Part shown: one piece after another, positions 63,131 to 64,000 of the stretch | Layout: each line of letters starts with the position of its first letter | Numbering within the stretch: the stretch's first letter is position 1 | Assembly (NCBI GenBank): GCA_046563655.1 | Contig: JAJCTO010000018.1 | Coordinates: 62,001-126,000, forward strand | Source: Yuukianura sp. NJ FZ-2021 | Lineage: Eukaryota | DNA length: 64,000 bases | Reading direction: 5' to 3' | Program-made: the position numbers and the translations under genes | The notes under the pieces: generated by a model | The model's input: only the letters and a program-made list of their open reading frames with translations | What the model was told of the DNA's origin: nothing | Database searches by the model: none

Positions 63131-63805
63131 CTAACCATTTTCCTTGAGGGCTGTTTGAATGGCACCTGCTTGGACGCTTCCAAGTTGCAAAATTTGTAGC
63201 GTAAACTCTTGGTCCTTTCTTTCTCGTCTTGCATTTTTCAAGGTGACTTTCAACCATTTCCTTTGATTAACTTTCTCATTAATTTCAAGAGTGCACCCTT
63301 TAATGTTCTCCTTGCACGAGGCCTCTCTCTTTTTTAAGTCTTGGATCCTATCTTCGATGGCTATGAAGTCAGCGGTCTTTTCAGAAACAGAACCTCCATG
63401 ACTGTGTTGAAGGGGGAGCAACTGGTTAGGATTCACTGCAATTTCTATAACAGATGCATCGACTTCATCATTTGGAACACGTTCGGAGCCTTTCGTACTT
63501 CCGCGATGACTGTTTGCCTTCAACGAACGTTTAATTTGCTTGGATGTGATGCTGCCCACTGGACGATTTGTTCACCGCTTTACATTTAAGTTGAACATGA
63601 GCCAAGCATCTGGAGTGCAAATAGACTGGACAGATTCTGAACGCCCAAAAATGTTGAGAAGAGGTGATGGTAATACAAGCGGTGAAGCCCAGATGCCGTT
63701 TTGCAATTCGTCCGGTTGGCTCAAGACGAGAGCTACGGACTTCATTCCTTCTTCGCCAATTACTTCAGTAAGGCGTGGTTTATCGTAGCGTAGATTCAGG
63801 GAATC
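63131..63805 (-). other. Unidentified coding fragment (coiled-coil-like), ending at a TTAGG tract
   Basis: ORF 63131-63559 and an offset upstream frame 63572-63856. No recognisable domain. Confidence 0.3.
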
Positions 63806-64000
63806 TAAAAACAACAAGCATGGATTAGTCCACATTTGTATGGTAAATGCTTTCAAAATGTTGAAGTAACAGGCTTACAATAGAGTTTGACCAAGAACAG
63901 AGCAAAGTACCCTTTGGAGTACTGATCCTTGATCATCGAATTGACTCCTCGTAAAAGCTGCTTAGCCTCGGTTCCTAACCCCTTGATTAGATTTGTGCCG

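Noticed and set aside
1..64000. Viral or Maverick/Helitron hallmark genes, tRNA/rRNA genes, true telomere
   Set aside because: No polB, capsid, packaging ATPase, Rep/helicase, integrase or structured RNA gene was recognised. The TTAGG tracts are only 2-4 units long.

Overview
Eukaryotic genomic DNA with short GT-AG introns of about 55-100 bp, scattered TTAGG tracts and Drosophila-type Inr/DPE promoters. This points to an arthropod, possibly a springtail (inference only). The window has two different halves. (1) About 0.4-34 kb is a dense block of spliced, mostly orphan genes. Those up to 26 kb are on the + strand, and nine of them sit behind near-identical TATA-Inr-DPE core promoters. The block encodes a PC4/Sub1-domain protein, a REX4/ISG20-like DEDDh exonuclease, two Tudor-like proteins, an F-box protein, a Ulp1-like protease-chromodomain fusion, a micro-exon AT-hook gene and three small paralogous orphan families. 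It also carries three tandem-repeat arrays (93-94, 133 and 129 bp) and several MITEs. It resembles the cargo of a large mobile or virus-like element, but no transposase, polymerase or capsid gene is visible. (2) About 35-64 kb contains decayed host-type genes: an internally deleted l(3)mbt-like gene, a frameshifted secreted His/Gly-rich gene, about 8 tandem degenerate copies of an LRR-like gene, and a 5'-truncated POP1. Several of the rearrangement junctions carry telomere-like TTAGG/CCTAA filler. All gene models were spliced by eye and their coordinates are approximate.
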